Source: Basidiobolus meristosporus CBS 931.73 (taxonomy: Eukaryota > Fungi > Basidiobolomycota). Taken from it: a DNA stretch of 64,000 nt. Shown piece after piece: positions 12,657 through 26,100 of the stretch. Made by a program: the position numbers and the translations under genes. Numbering within the stretch: position 1 is the first letter of the stretch; every line of letters begins with the position of its first letter. Location of the stretch: NCBI GenBank assembly GCA_002104905.1, contig MCFE01000158.1, positions 62,001 to 126,000 on the forward strand. Reading direction: 5' to 3'. The notes beneath the pieces were generated by a model. That model was not told where the DNA came from. It searched no databases and saw nothing but the letters and a program-made list of their open reading frames with translations.

Positions 12657-14129
12657 CAAGCAGCAAAAAAAGTGTCAGATTGCCAGTAGAGTGCTGGCCA
12701 GGGACAAGCAGGCAAAAATAGATGCTACAGTTCAGCATTCATAATATAAAAAGCACCTGGTCACAGTAGCAGTGAAGGACTTGATAGTGATAAAAGCCTG
12801 TGGCTTTCTCAGGTGCCATCACAAGCAGCACTGATAGCCCCAAGCAAGTAGCAAAGAAATGTCAGGTTGCCAGTAGAGAGCCATCAAAGTATAAGCAGGC
12901 AGAAACAGATGCACAAGTGCAGCATTTATCAAGGAGAAAATAGAGTACACTACAAGAAGCACTCAGTCAAAGTAGCAGTGAAAGACCTGGCCATGATAAA
13001 GGTAATGGTAAAGAGTGAAAGGCCTACCTAAGTAAGAGACAGGGAAGTATGAGAAAATAGCTGCAGTTCTCACCATTTGTAGCTGTCTGCCCAGAACAGG
13101 CTGAATCCTATTATAGCCAAGAAGAATTACCAACATGACATCAGCTGTTTTCTCAAGTGTTGGAAGTTCTGCAAGGTAGATGAATTTGTAGTGAAATGCA
13201 ATTTATGAGCCACTGCCTTCACATCATCCATTGATGATAGAGTGGAGATCCTACATACAGACAAAGCAACAACATCAAGAACGCATAAGACTTACAGCCC
13301 CTACAGTGGTATTTTGGAACATTAGCAGGCACACCTATCCCTACAAGAAAATTAATGTGATGATCCAGTCAAAAGGCTGTCACAAAATTAAAGTTCTGTG
13401 ACTCAGAGGTATTGATCCCATCAGGACACTGTGCAAAAACTGTTGAAAATTAATAGCACCCCAGATTTCACAAGAAACTAGTCAAAATTTTTGATCACAA
13501 CAATACAAAAGTGACTTATGATTGGTTCTCCGCCAATTGTCTCACTTTCTGATTCCACACACACTATCACCTCCTATATTTGTGTGCATTGATTGGCTAT
13601 TGCCTCTTTTTCACACTCCTTACTCTCTGAATCAATTGTTTCCCTTACTTTTCATGCATACAAATTGATTTGTTTGTGATGGGACTTCAGTTGTTTCTCA
13701 ATTGCCAGTTGTATCAACGTATACAAGTCCCTATACCCTATACTAGCATTAAGCCCAACCCCACACTCAGCAAGTAACTCCATTAAAATCCACCACTCAA
13801 TCAGTGTTTCTGCTGTAGCACTCTGATTTCATGACTTTGGCACAAGCCCAATGGCTTTATACCACTGTTCATTCACTGGTTCCCACACATCCTGGTCTTC
13901 AGCCAGCACTGCAAGGTCTAGCACCTCATCTGCCAGTCTTTTTGATAGATCCTTGCAATATTCAAGTGAGTTTTCATGAGCACTGCTCTTAAAGAAGTGC
14001 TACAACCTCCTGGTGTGCCTATTAATATTCAGTTACAAATCAATGCCCAATAGTGGTTGTATGGTTTGACTGCTTTGGTTCCTACTTTGTGTCTGCTTTT
14101 TTCTTCTTCCATTCTCATGTCCAGTTTCC

Positions 14130-15060
14130 AGGCTTCTTACAGTAGTTACAGCTACCTGGTTTTCTTTGGTTTTGTTGCTTTACCTTCTTTTCTGTGCGCC
14201 TTTCTGAGCTGAATAAAGCATCATCTTTAATTGTCTCCTCTTGCTCATTACATTTGAGTTCTTCTTAAAGAAGTCTTCCTTCAATGTAGTTTAAAGTCAG
14301 ATTTTCTTCTTTGCTTTCAAATGAATGTAAGAGTGCTCATACTTGCCTGGTAAGCTGCAAAGGAGACTGAGTATCTTTTCTTCATCATCTACAACAGTTT
14401 TGTTACTGTAGGTTCTTCTCTAAGTGTCTCCATTCTGGTAGTGAGTTGAAGCATGTCATCATTTGTCTTCTTCCTCATTTTGAAGAAATTTTATTTACAT
14501 GTAGGTTGCTTGATACTGACTATGCTCTAAAGATCTTCTCTAACAAATACCATGCTGCTTTGGCTGTATTTGAAGCATGAATTTGCCCAATAAAGAAATC
14601 TTGCACATTGATACATCTGGCATTAAAGGCTGTTCTCACTTTTCCTAGAACATCTCCACTTCTTCTGCTGTTCTTTTGGGATCAACCTCTTTTCCTGTTA
14701 AAATATTCTAAAGTTTTTTTTCCTCAAGGTTGATCTGCATCTTGATTCTCCAAAGTCTGTAGTTCTTCCCATCAAACCTCTCCTTTACCAGGGAGATGCT
14801 AGTATTAATTTGCTTGCTGATTGAAGTCATCTTTAGAATATATTAAGGCAATCAAGGCTCACAATCTGCTGCAATTTAAGTGATTTTAGATATTGAGAAC
14901 CTATCAAGAAATAGTGATAATAGTTGAACTGTTGTTTACTCATAAAAAGGCTCAGTATTTAACCCTTTGTAGAAGTAATACAACTGTAACACTAAGTAAG
15001 GTGGGCATCCTGTATCAATTCAAGGGTTAACACATAATGTTTGGTAAAAGTGCTAATTTG
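14130..15060 (-). mobile_element. Ty1/Copia gag remnant
   Basis: Minus-strand translation contains FDGKNYRLWRIKM and LLCSLPGKYE, typical Copia gag motifs; many stops. Confidence 0.7.
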
Positions 15061-15129
15061 ATCTTTACTATAGAGGAACAATCATAGAATCATAGATCTG
15101 AAGAAAGTGGCAAATTTTTGACAGCAAGT

Positions 15130-15760
15130 AAGTCCTACAATGATCAAGACAAGTCCAGAATTGTTAAGTAAGCTTTAGGCTGCTGAAAGATACCAAATAG
15201 TTCAATATTTCAACAGATGACCCCAAATTGTCTGCAAGCTTAAAAAGTCTGCTCATGTTCTCAAGCAATTTAAGATAACCTGTAATTGAAAGATAGATTC
15301 ATAGCTGGACTTTTGAGTTTCCAAATGAGTACTGCTGATTAGCATATACTATAAGCCAGATAGAGCAAGCTCACATCTGTTAGCTCTATATGTGGATGAT
15401 CTTATTAAAGCTACCAATAGCCTAGAAATATTGGAAGAGACTAAATCCGGCCTATCTCAGGAGTTCGGCATATTCAGTCTAGGAGAACTCAGTTGCTACT
15501 TGGGATAAGGCTCTCTATAGACAGAAGTAACCAGACAATTACCCTAAGCAAGTCCTAGTATATTCAAGATATACAAAGGAAATACCAAATAGAAGACTAT
15601 AAACAAGCAGCCACCCCCTTGGAGACAAAGCTTAGCTTGGTCACAACTCAACCAAGTCAAGAGAGCTTGGTGCCATATGAACACCCAAAACTCCCTTACC
15701 AATATATGGTCAGCACTTTGATGTATATGATGCCATATGAAAAATAATTTGGTCCTGCAG
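15130..15760 (+). mobile_element. Ty1/Copia reverse transcriptase remnant
   Basis: ALYVDDLI ... YLGI ... TPLE motifs; parallels 47100-47450. Confidence 0.8.
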
Positions 15761-15806
15761 GTGAATCTAATCCATATCAGTCATCAGGATCCCATGTGGA
15801 GACTGT

Positions 15807-18800
15807 TGTAGTAAGGTCACAGCAACACCCACTCACAAATGGGCTCATTCCCTTTTTTTTCTTCCCTATTTTTCTATTACCCTTCAATTAGTTTTATCCC
15901 ATATCTCATACTTGAACAGCACTATCCTATAAGCCAGTGGACTAACACACCTGCTTACCTTATTACATAAGGTATCTCTCATTGTATGTAAGATTATTTG
16001 ATGTAAGTGCTTCTAGATTAGGCAGGTACCTACACCAGTACCCATAACATATGACCAAGCTGTGTCACTATCCCTACCAGTTTCATTACAAATATAGCAT
16101 CCCTATGTTATGCAAGTATTGGAATACTGGTTCCTGATTAGTTGGGTGTGCGGTGCCTCTTAGAACCTTCTGGTAACTACTTAGAACATTCTTAGCTCAT
16201 CTGATATCATTAAGATCTATGTTTTGCCACCAGAACCTTCTGGAACACCATGTTTAGTAATTACTTTGCCTGTGAGAGAAGTATGCAAGGGAGGCAATCC
16301 CACAACAATAGATCATCATCCCTTTTGTCAATATACTAACTTGTTGATCAGTGTGAGCACCTGCTGCTACCTGAGCTCCAGCCTTTGCCCACAGGACACT
16401 CCCAGGAAGCCGTGCTGACAGCTAACTGACCTTAGAGGTACTACTTGTGAGGAATATTCAGAGTAGGTATCTTTTATTACATTTGATTCTTTCCCAAGTT
16501 TTTTCTTGTACAGGTAAAGATACTTTTCTGTCTTTGTAACTATTGACCTCAGCTGCATTGTTATCAAGTCCCTGCTAATGGAGCTTACAGTGATTTGACT
16601 TTGGAAGCTTTAGTATATTGTTTTGTTGAATGCAGCACAAACTTTTGTTTAGATGCTCACTAGGTTGGGGGTTGTAGCAGAATAGTATTCCATTGACAAG
16701 CTTGTGGCTTTATTCCTCTTCACAGTAGAGTGGAGACAGAACCCAAATATTCCTAACAAGCTATTGCCAGAAGTTATTACACCCATTGAACACCTTACAC
16801 AACACACTTGAGAAGTGATGGACATATCTCCCCCTTGGACCTCTACACAACCACATATTTGCACCCAATGTGGGGGGCTTGTACAAGCTCCATGGGACCC
16901 AACAAGATTTACCCATATGCTTGAGTCATTACACACTTACTGAAAAGAAACTACCAATATTATAAAGATTAAAGCACCTACCTACATATGCAGAATGAAC
17001 TCTATGCCATTATCACTCTCAAATATAGCCCAATAGTTTGATGTGAAGAATGTGGAAAGCTTCATACTCATTTGGGAGGCACTCTGCTAAATGTGCTGCC
17101 TTACTAAACAATAAATGGCTGAAGACTTCCCCTACTACTGCACCAATGATATTACCACTAAGCTTATCAGACAAGGAGATATTGTCACTGACTGGGCCTT
17201 AATGAAGGCCTAACTACAAGTCAAGTATGGTAGACCCCTGATATACTATGGAACTGAAGATCTGACGCTAAGGAAATTGAAGTCACAGCTCTACATGAAA
17301 CATTTCATCCTGGAGACAGATGCCAAGCCACTTATAGGAATGATCAACAAGCCTGACTAACCTGATAATGTAACTAACAAATGGATGGCATGGATGAGGA
17401 TATTTGACTTTGGGGTCAAATGTATTCCTGGCAAGACATATATTGTGGCTGATGCATTATCCGGGAAAGGACCACAATTGTTTAATGACTTAGACCCCCA
17501 CTTTGACAATGTGATTGATGGAGAGATATGGCAGATTGCCATCAAAGACCAAGAAAGAACTCCCTGGAGCCTGATTGTTCCAAATCCAGGACATTTAAGA
17601 AGCCTAGCTGGATGGAACCTCATAAGTTCAGAAAACTAAGAAAGAAGGCGCACTACTACTATCTCAAGGATGATTTTCTCTTTGAACATGTGAAGCCTGG
17701 ACTTATACCAAGAAGAGTGGTCACAACTCCACAAGAGCAACTGAGCATCATGACAAGTTTCTACTAAGGAGAACCAGGAGGACACAGAGGATGAGAAGCC
17801 ACCTACAATACCACAGCTCAGAGGTACTACTGGGAAAACATGTACTATAATATCCAACACTGAGCTGAGTCATGTGTAGCCTGCCAGAAGAGATCCTCTA
17901 AGAGTCATGCAGAGTCACTGCATCCTACTTACACAATCTGTCTATGGCAAAAGGTTGGTATTGACATTGTCCACATTCCAATAGCTGGATCAAAGAAGTA
18001 CATAATTGTTGCTAGAAATGACCTTAAGGGGTGGGCAGCAGCCCAAGCCTGGCCAACAACAAGAGCCATACCATATGGATATGTATACTTTAAGGCCTTA
18101 TTGGCAGATTTGGCTGCATCCAACAGTTTGTTGGTCACAGAGGAGAGATGACATCCCAAATAATTCAGGAGTTATGCTCAAAGTACAAGATACACATTGC
18201 TTTTACTACAGCTTACCTTCCTCAAGCCAATGAAATGGCAGAGAGAAGACATGGACCACTGGTTAACTCTCTAGTCAAGACCTGCAAGAATAATACAACA
18301 CTGTGGCCACAGCAGTTGCATTGTGCACTCTGGGCAGATAGGATTACTACTAAGAGAATGAATGGACTATCACCATTTAAGCTACTCATTGGAAATGACT
18401 GTATACTACCAGTTGAGTTAGGCACAGCCACTTAGAACTTGTTGAATTGGAAATCTAATATGCACACTGAAGACCTCCTAGCCACTTGTACACAGCAACT
18501 TGATCACCATGACTAAAATATCAACAGAGCTGCTGAACAACTTAAGGAAACATGGCTGGAGAGCAAAGTACCCATTGACAAGTCACATTCTACAAGACCA
18601 AAGCCACTGTCACTTGGAGCCACAGTAATACTCTATGATTCCACCTTAGTTATTCAAGCAAGGGAATTTGACACAGCCTGATTAGTTTGCTTTGACCAAA
18701 GCTTAAAGCTGAGAGGGGGGTGGATGTAGTGGGGTCACAGTAACTCCCACTGACATATGTGCTCATTCCCATATTTTCTACTTCTCTATTTTTCTACTAC

Positions 18801-20866
18801 TCTTTTATTAATTTTATCCCATTTGCCTTACTTGATCATTACTATCCATAAGCTGGTGTGGTGGTGTATAGGTCCAAGGGAGAGATACGTCCAATGCTTC
18901 TCAAGTGTTTTGTGTGTGGGGTGTTCACTTGGTGCAATCACCTCTGGCAAAAGCCTGCTAGGAATACTTGGGCTCTGTCTCTAATCTAATGTGATGGGGA
19001 ATAAAGCCACAAGCTTGTCAAAGGAAAACTATTGAGCTACAATCCCCAACTTAGTTGGTATCTAACAAAAGTATGTGCTTGGTTCAGCATCCTTTAAGAT
19101 GACAATGTACTAAAGCTTCCAAAGTCAAAACAACTGTAAACTCCACCAGCAGGGACTTGATCAGAATGCAGCTGTGGTCAATAGTTACAAAGACAGAAAA
19201 GTATCTTTGCCTGTACAAGAACAAACTTGGGAAAGAATCAAATATAATAAAAGATATCTACTCTGAGTATTCCTCACAAGTAGTGCCTCCAAGGTTGGTT
19301 GGCTGTCAGCGCGGTTTCCTGGGAGTATCCTATGGTCTGGGGTTAGAAGCTCAGGTAGCAGCAGGTAGCATCAATCACACTAATCAACAAACTGGTATAT
19401 TGATAAAAGGGATGATGATTTATTGTTGAGGGATAGCCTCCCTTATATACTTTTATTACTGACTAAGTGATTACTAATCATGGTGTTCCAGAAGGTTCTG
19501 GATATAAATAGAAATCTTAATGACCTCAGAATGACCTAAGAATGTCTGAAGTAGGTGCCGGAAGGTTCTATGAGGCACAGCGCATTCAATCAGTCAGCAA
19601 TCAGTACTCTGAAACCTGTGTAACATAGGGATACCATATATGATATGGAAATGGTTGGGATGGTGAAACAGGTTGAACAGGTGTCACAGGTACTGGTGTG
19701 GGTACTTGCCTAATATAGAAGTTCCTACTGCTAGTAATCTTACATAAAGTGGGGGATAACCTATGCAATAAGGTAAGCAGGTGTGATAGTCAACCGGCTA
19801 ATGGGATAGTACTGATCTGGTAATACAAATGGGATAAAACTAAAATTGGGGTGGTAGAGAAATAGGGAAGTAGAAAATATAGGAATGAGCTCATATGTCA
19901 GTGGGTGTAACTGTGACCCCACTACACCGGCTGACTAACACACCTGCTTACCTTGTTACATAAGTTATCCCTCACTGTATATAAGATTACCTGATGTAAG
20001 TGCTTTTATATTAGGCAGGTACCTGGGCCAGTACCTATAACAAATTACCAAACTGTGTCACTATTCCTACCAATTTCATACCATATATGGCATCCCTATG
20101 TTTCACAGGTATTAGAATACTAATTCCTGATTGTGTGCATGCGCAGTACCTCTTAGAACCTTCTGGTACCTACTTAGAGCATACTTAGCTCATACTGATG
20201 TCATTAAGATTTCTATTTGGCCACCAGAACCTTCTGGAACACCATGCTTAGTAATCACTTAGTCAGTAAGAAAAGTATACAAGGGAGGCTATCCCTCATC
20301 AATAAATCATCAGCGCTTTTATCAATATACCAACTTGTTGATTAGTGTGATCACTGCTACCTGCTGCAACCTGAGCTCCAAGCTTTGACCACTGGACATT
20401 CCCAGGGAACTGCAATTAAAGCCAACTGACCTTGGAGGCACTACTTGTGAGGAATACTCAGAGTAGATATATTTTTTTTACATTTGATTTTTCCCAAGTT
20501 TGTACTTGTACAGTAAAAGATACTTTTCTGTCCTTGTAACTGTTGACCACAGCTGCATTCTTATCAAGTCCCTGCTGGTGGGGTTTACATATGTTTTGAC
20601 CTTGGAAGCATAAGTACATTGTGATTTTAAAGAATGCTGAACCAAGCATATGCTTTTGTTGAGATGCCAATTAAGTTGGGGATTGTAACTCAGTAATTTT
20701 CCCTTAACAGGCTTGTGACTTTATTCCCCTTTGTATTAGAGATGAGCCAGAACCCAAGTATTCCTAGCAAGCTTTTGCCAGAGGTTATTGCACCCAGTGA
20801 ACACCCCGCACAAAACACTTGACAACTGCTGGACATATTTTTCTGTTGGATCTATACACTACCACA
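15807..20866 (+). mobile_element. Ty3/Gypsy family B, internally deleted, with a same-family LTR nested in its 3' LTR
   Basis: 5' LTR 15807-16855; 3' LTR 18725-18856 plus 19927-20866. PBS TTGCACCCAATGTGGGG (decayed TGGCGCCCAACGTGGGG, tRNA-Lys type); PPT GAGAGGGGG. RNase H FILETDAKPL and integrase fragments at 17300-18440. Flanks CTGT/CCAT. Confidence 0.9.
18857..19926 (-). mobile_element. Solo LTR of Gypsy family B inserted in inverted orientation
   Basis: Reverse complement of 15807-16855; flanked by CTGG (18853-56) and CCGG (19927-30). Confidence 0.92.
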
Positions 20867-20929
20867 CCATCATAATACCAGCAGCTTAGAATTAGTGAGT
20901 TACTTGACAATCTGATAACAGGATCACAA

Positions 20930-23900
20930 CAGCATTTTGCTAATTTTACTGCCAAATAAAGTTATAAACTTGACAGGGTTTGATTGGTGCTGTGACAATA
21001 ATGGCATGACATTGTTGTGGTCTTAATGCACTCTACAGTTATCTTAGTTTGATCTAACTGTCCAGCACATCCAGTTGCCTTATATGGCCAAAAGATTGAC
21101 AGTATTTTGATAGCCTCATTGCAAGTCACTGATGGCTTTATTGTGGCAGTATGACAGCCTACAGCTGGTTCTGTGTAGTGCTACCATACCAATTTACCAT
21201 ATGGTGTTTCCTTTTTCTACCTCCCCTTGTGCAATTCAGATATTCCACTGCAAAATTACCCCTCTTTATTTGCTTACCCACTACTACTTTGGGTACTCCA
21301 CATATGGTTTGAATACAAAAAACTATTGCCTCCTGCTTACTAACCTCTACAATTGAACAGACCTGCCACAATTTACATACTGCTATTGCCTCAACTTTAT
21401 GTCTTCTTAGTGTGATACTTGCAAAGCTACCATATACCTTGGGCTGCTGTTAACATATACATCTTGCAAACATATGCTTTGTTGCTGCCACTTCTGCCAT
21501 GAATTTCTACTGCACATCTGCATGCACTTTTTAGTATTGAGCCAATATACTCCTTCTCACTGCTGGATTCTAGTCCCCCTTATATGTGACCTCTGGCTCT
21601 TGCTTGTGTGAATTCCATATTGAAAGGTGTGAAAGTTGGCTTGTGGCCAAGTGAAGCCCAGTACAAGTTGGTAGCATTTTCCTAATAAAAATTAGCTGCT
21701 TGTTGCACTCAACCCAGGATGGCACTGCTTAACTGATTACCCATGCACTGGGGCTGCTCAGATTCTTAATGCCATACACATAGGTATCTCCATATGCATA
21801 TCTGTCCACATTATTTGCAAGTCTTCCTGACTGTCCCCTATGTGCTAACTTTTCAAATCCATGACAGACTTGAAGGTTATATTCTTGCAGAGATTAGGAT
21901 ATGGTGGCAGCAGAGATCTATGTGTTCAGCTTTATGCTTGTAGTATAGCCGCTTAAATCCCTTTACAAACTCCTTGCACAGCAGCTTTAGATGTATCTAG
22001 TTAGCATTGGTGATCAGCTTCTGGATAAATATTCTTACAATATCCACATGTAGATCCCAATGCTTCCAATGTACTCATGGTTGGAATGTCTTCAGAACAC
22101 CACTTAAATAAATACATATCCAGCTCATCCAGTTGTGCATTTGTATTGTTGCATATGTGTAAGAATATTGATAGGAGCCTTTGAGAAGTACTTGGGGTAG
22201 CAGATACTCTGTAATGTCTTGTCAAATCTTTCAAATTTCTCCAGTATTTCAAAGGGCTCATTCAGCTTGAAGTGCCCCATGTACCATTTGGTCATCAGTA
22301 TAGGGAGTTGTTGAAAAGCAAATGCATTACTCACAGTGGAAAGCTTTTGCTCCAACAGATACCCTTTATCCCAAGTATCTCTGCCTTCTGATTAATTCCA
22401 TATTCTGGCCCATGGCTTAAAGCTTGCCAACTTTACTGCAATTGCATGCTGACTTCTGTAGGTTCTCTCTGTTGGAAGATGATGTTCTTAGTGTTGATGT
22501 TTTGGCAATAAAAATGTGTGTGTGTTATGGAGTAAATCCCTTGGATCTCACACATTTAACAGCAATACCGGCCATTGAGCCCAGAAAAGCCTGATATCTT
22601 GCTGATGGCTGGGGTATCTCCAATGCAGATAACAATGTGTGCTTTTACATGACAGCCACTTACTGTTTACCTGCTGGAAAGCATACAAAATTTCTCTGGC
22701 AATAGATACAGGTAGCTATTCAGGTTGGACAGTGATCTGGGCCCAGATACCAGTAAGACTACCATCAGATTCTGCTATGATACTGTAAGATAGATGGTAG
22801 ATTCAGGTTGATGAGAATTAGTGGCCAGCAGGATTTGGTGTTAGAGTACTTATATAATGGGAATCCATCATATGCAAAGGCCAAGGCCTGGTCATATAAG
22901 CCTTTAATGTAGACCTTGCTTCTTTGCTGTTTGTAATGTTTGCCATTATGTTATGATCTGCCACTTGAATGTTTGAGTTAGATCAGTTTTAATCCAATCA
23001 ATCAGCTATATGTTTAACTTATCAGTACGTCAGTATTATCTATCAAATCAGCAGCATTAGTCAGCAAATGTGTTGGCAGATCCTTATCAGACAGAAATAG
23101 ATATATTTAGTAGGATCTTATTGGGTGATGATGATGCAATCATATGAGTCATCAGCCACAGCCTACATTAGGAAATATAATTAGTCAGCATTTGATCTAG
23201 CAAAATGTATATAACAAGCTGCTGGAACCTCACTAAGATCAGTTCAAGTTTTAGCAAATACAATACTAGCTAAACTCCCTATTCCTCTACAACTCTTATA
23301 CCAAGACTTGAAACAATTCAATATATTGGATATGTTTGCCCTAATTGATATTAAGTGTGGTACTTTATAGCTTTGTAATATTTGTTGGATGGCATAAGCT
23401 TTTTTCTCAGGGTATTACCAGAATATATCCGGAGTTTGTGTTATATTTTCCTTCAATGATGGTGGATTCCAGACAATTTGGACATGATGCAATGGTGGCA
23501 TTTTTGGATGTGAATACCATTCAACTGTTGACATATACAGGGATCAGGACAGTCTCTGGGTCATATGTTGCCAACTGCATGACAGTTGTCCACTTATACC
23601 ATTTACTTGGTAAGTTGCATCCCGGAATGATTTTGGCAAAAAGTAGTAATAAATCCTCAAGGCCCCCATTACTGATATTAGTGGAAACACACCACTTCTG
23701 TAGCTATAATATTACATTATCTACCAGTAAATGGATTACTGGGCTCACTTGACTCCATTAAGTATCCTTGGCATTTGTTTCAATGGGGGTTGTCTCATTT
23801 TATAATGGGATTTGACCAGGCTCATGTGTGGTACTGTTGTTAGGGGAAATAGGCTCACACACCCCTTTTGAAAGATTGTTGTAATGATCCCATCAAAAGG

Positions 23901-26100
23901 CCATCACAAATTTAAAGTCCTGTTACCAAGAGGTACTGATCCAGTTAGGATACCATGCAGAGACTGTTCAAAAATAATTGAGCACTAGATTTCACAAAAA
24001 ACTTAGTCAAGATATTTTATCACAACAATATATATATGGCTTTTGATTGATTCCCTGCCAATTTGCTCACTTTCTGATCCCAGACACTCTATCACCTTCT
24101 ACCTTTGTGTGCATACTTTCTGACTCAACTGTTTCTGTTACTTTTCATGCGTGTAAATTGATTAATTGTTGTTGATACTTCAGTTGTACCTCAATTGCCA
24201 ATTGTACTGACCTAAACAAGTCCCTATACCCTGCACTAACATTAAGCCCAGCCCCACACTCAACAAGTGACTCCAATAATATCCACCATTCAATAAGTAT
24301 TTCTGCTGTAGCATAAGTAATTCCATAAAAGTCCAGCACTTAAAAATTATTTCTGCTGCAATGTACTGGTTCCACAACTTTGGTGAGAACTCAATGGCTC
24401 TATGCCACTGATCATTCACTGGTTCCCACACGTCCTGGTCTTCAGCCAGCATTGCAAGGTCTATCACCTCATCTGCCAGTCTTTGCAATAAATCCTTGCA
24501 ATATTCAAGTGAGTCTTCTTGAGCACTGCTCTTGAAGCAGTGCTGCAACCTCTTGGTGCACCTATGAATGCTCCAAAATTCCACTGAAGGCATTGTGATA
24601 GTCCTTTGGGTTCTTGACATTAAAGCCTTGTTGGTCAGTAAAATCTTCACTCTGTCAACAATGGAGCACATGGAGACTGTGGTAGATAAATTGCTTTTTT
24701 CTGCAAGCTCATCTACCTTGCTGGAGTGTAGCTCAGCTGGCTGCACTTCCAACTCTTGTGAAAACAGCTGTTTTCTTTTTAGTGATACTTTTTGGTTATG
24801 ATGGGATTCAGTCTGTTCCAGGCTTGCAGTGTTAATTGGCAAGAACTGCAAGTTTTTTTACATGCTTCCCTGTCTCAGGCTTAGGTATACACTTTTCTCT
24901 TTTCCTTATCACTGCTAGGTCTCTCACTACTACTTTGTCTGAGTGCTTATTATAATGACCTACATATCTGTTTTGGCCTGCATATCTCTTGCTGGCACTC
25001 TTCTAGTAACCTGATGTTTCTTTTCAGCTTGTTTCAAGCTCTTAACTGTAGTTGTGACAGGCTCCTGTAAAAGCTGCTGATTTTTATTGCTGCCAGGTCC
25101 TTCACTCCTACTTTGACTCAGTGCCTCTTGAGTGGTCCTATGCGTTTTCCTTGATAAATGTTGTGCTGGTGTATCTGTGTCAGCCTGCTTGTCCCTAGTT
25201 GGCACTCTTCCAGCTACCTGATGTCTCTTTGATGCCTTTCTGGAGAATTGGACACTGCTTGTAATGTGCTCCTCAGGAAGCTACTGGTTCTTAACCATGA
25301 CACACTTGCTCTACTGCCTTTGATAGTTTCTGCTACTCTTAAGATACTTTTTTAGCATACCAGTGCTGGCACAAAATGAATTTGCCCATTTGAATCCAGG
25401 ATGATGCTCTTAGAACAAGTCAAGTGCATTCTGCTTGGCCTTATGTCCCTGACAGTCCCATGATATGCCAGCCTTATGGTGATTGTGTGCTGGAATTCTG
25501 ATGACGCCTTCAATATTTGACCACTCTTCATTATTGCACTCAATGGCTACACAGTTCTGCAATGTCTTTAAATTCTTTGGCTTTAGTATACATTTCATTG
25601 TCTCCCTCCCATGATGTGATAGGCATTCTGTGGGCTTTATTTTAGAGCACTGTTGTTGTGCTTCAAAGACTGTAGGGTATTCCCCTGCTGTTACATTGGG
25701 AAATGGCTCAATTCTTGGCTGCAACATAGAGCTACTTTAGTTCCTTCATTGCAGCAAAGATATTGCTTTCTTGATCTAGGATATCTATTGCTTTACAAAT
25801 ATTATTTGCTCATCCTGTTTCTGGACTATTTCCTGATTTCTCTGGGTCATTGTATCTATCCTATCTGCCACTGCACCTGATTGCTTCATTAATTCTTTGG
25901 TATGAGCTGGCAACATACTTACTAATATGGGTTGTGACAAAGTTATGATGGCTACTTGCCAGTCAGCAACTGAGGGGGCTGTGTTTGCTACATTCCCATC
26001 AGCCGGACCATAACAGTCAGCTTGTGGCTTTGCAGAGGTTCTCACTTGCCTACTTGACTGCAAGCCTGAGGATTCTGCAACATTATCTTCAGTGGCCACA
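20930..26100 (-). mobile_element. CACTA/CMC-EnSpm-like transposon remnant (upstream ORF plus transposase), interrupted by a Gypsy A solo LTR
   Basis: Minus-strand VNS*MVFTSKNATIASCPNC (decayed CxNxCxxFT...CPxC) near 23500-23560; 21000-22800 homologous to 31400-32900, 36326-36800 and 45400-46900. Confidence 0.7.
22949..23315 (+). mobile_element. Solo LTR of Gypsy family A
   Basis: Reverse complement of 7722-8089; flanks ATTA/ATTC. Confidence 0.92.

Larger units (their letters stand above)
6900..14040 (+). mobile_element. Decayed upstream-ORF region of a CACTA-like element, split by the Gypsy A insertion (7722-12656), with ~200-bp tandem units and an inverted segment
   Basis: 6900-7721 and 12657-13325 match 24580-26100 in reverse complement; 13340-14030 matches 23880-24600 in the same orientation. 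Confidence 0.6.

Noticed and set aside
12657-13000. CRISPR-like array
   Set aside because: ~200-bp degenerate tandem units without unique spacers, in a eukaryotic TE remnant
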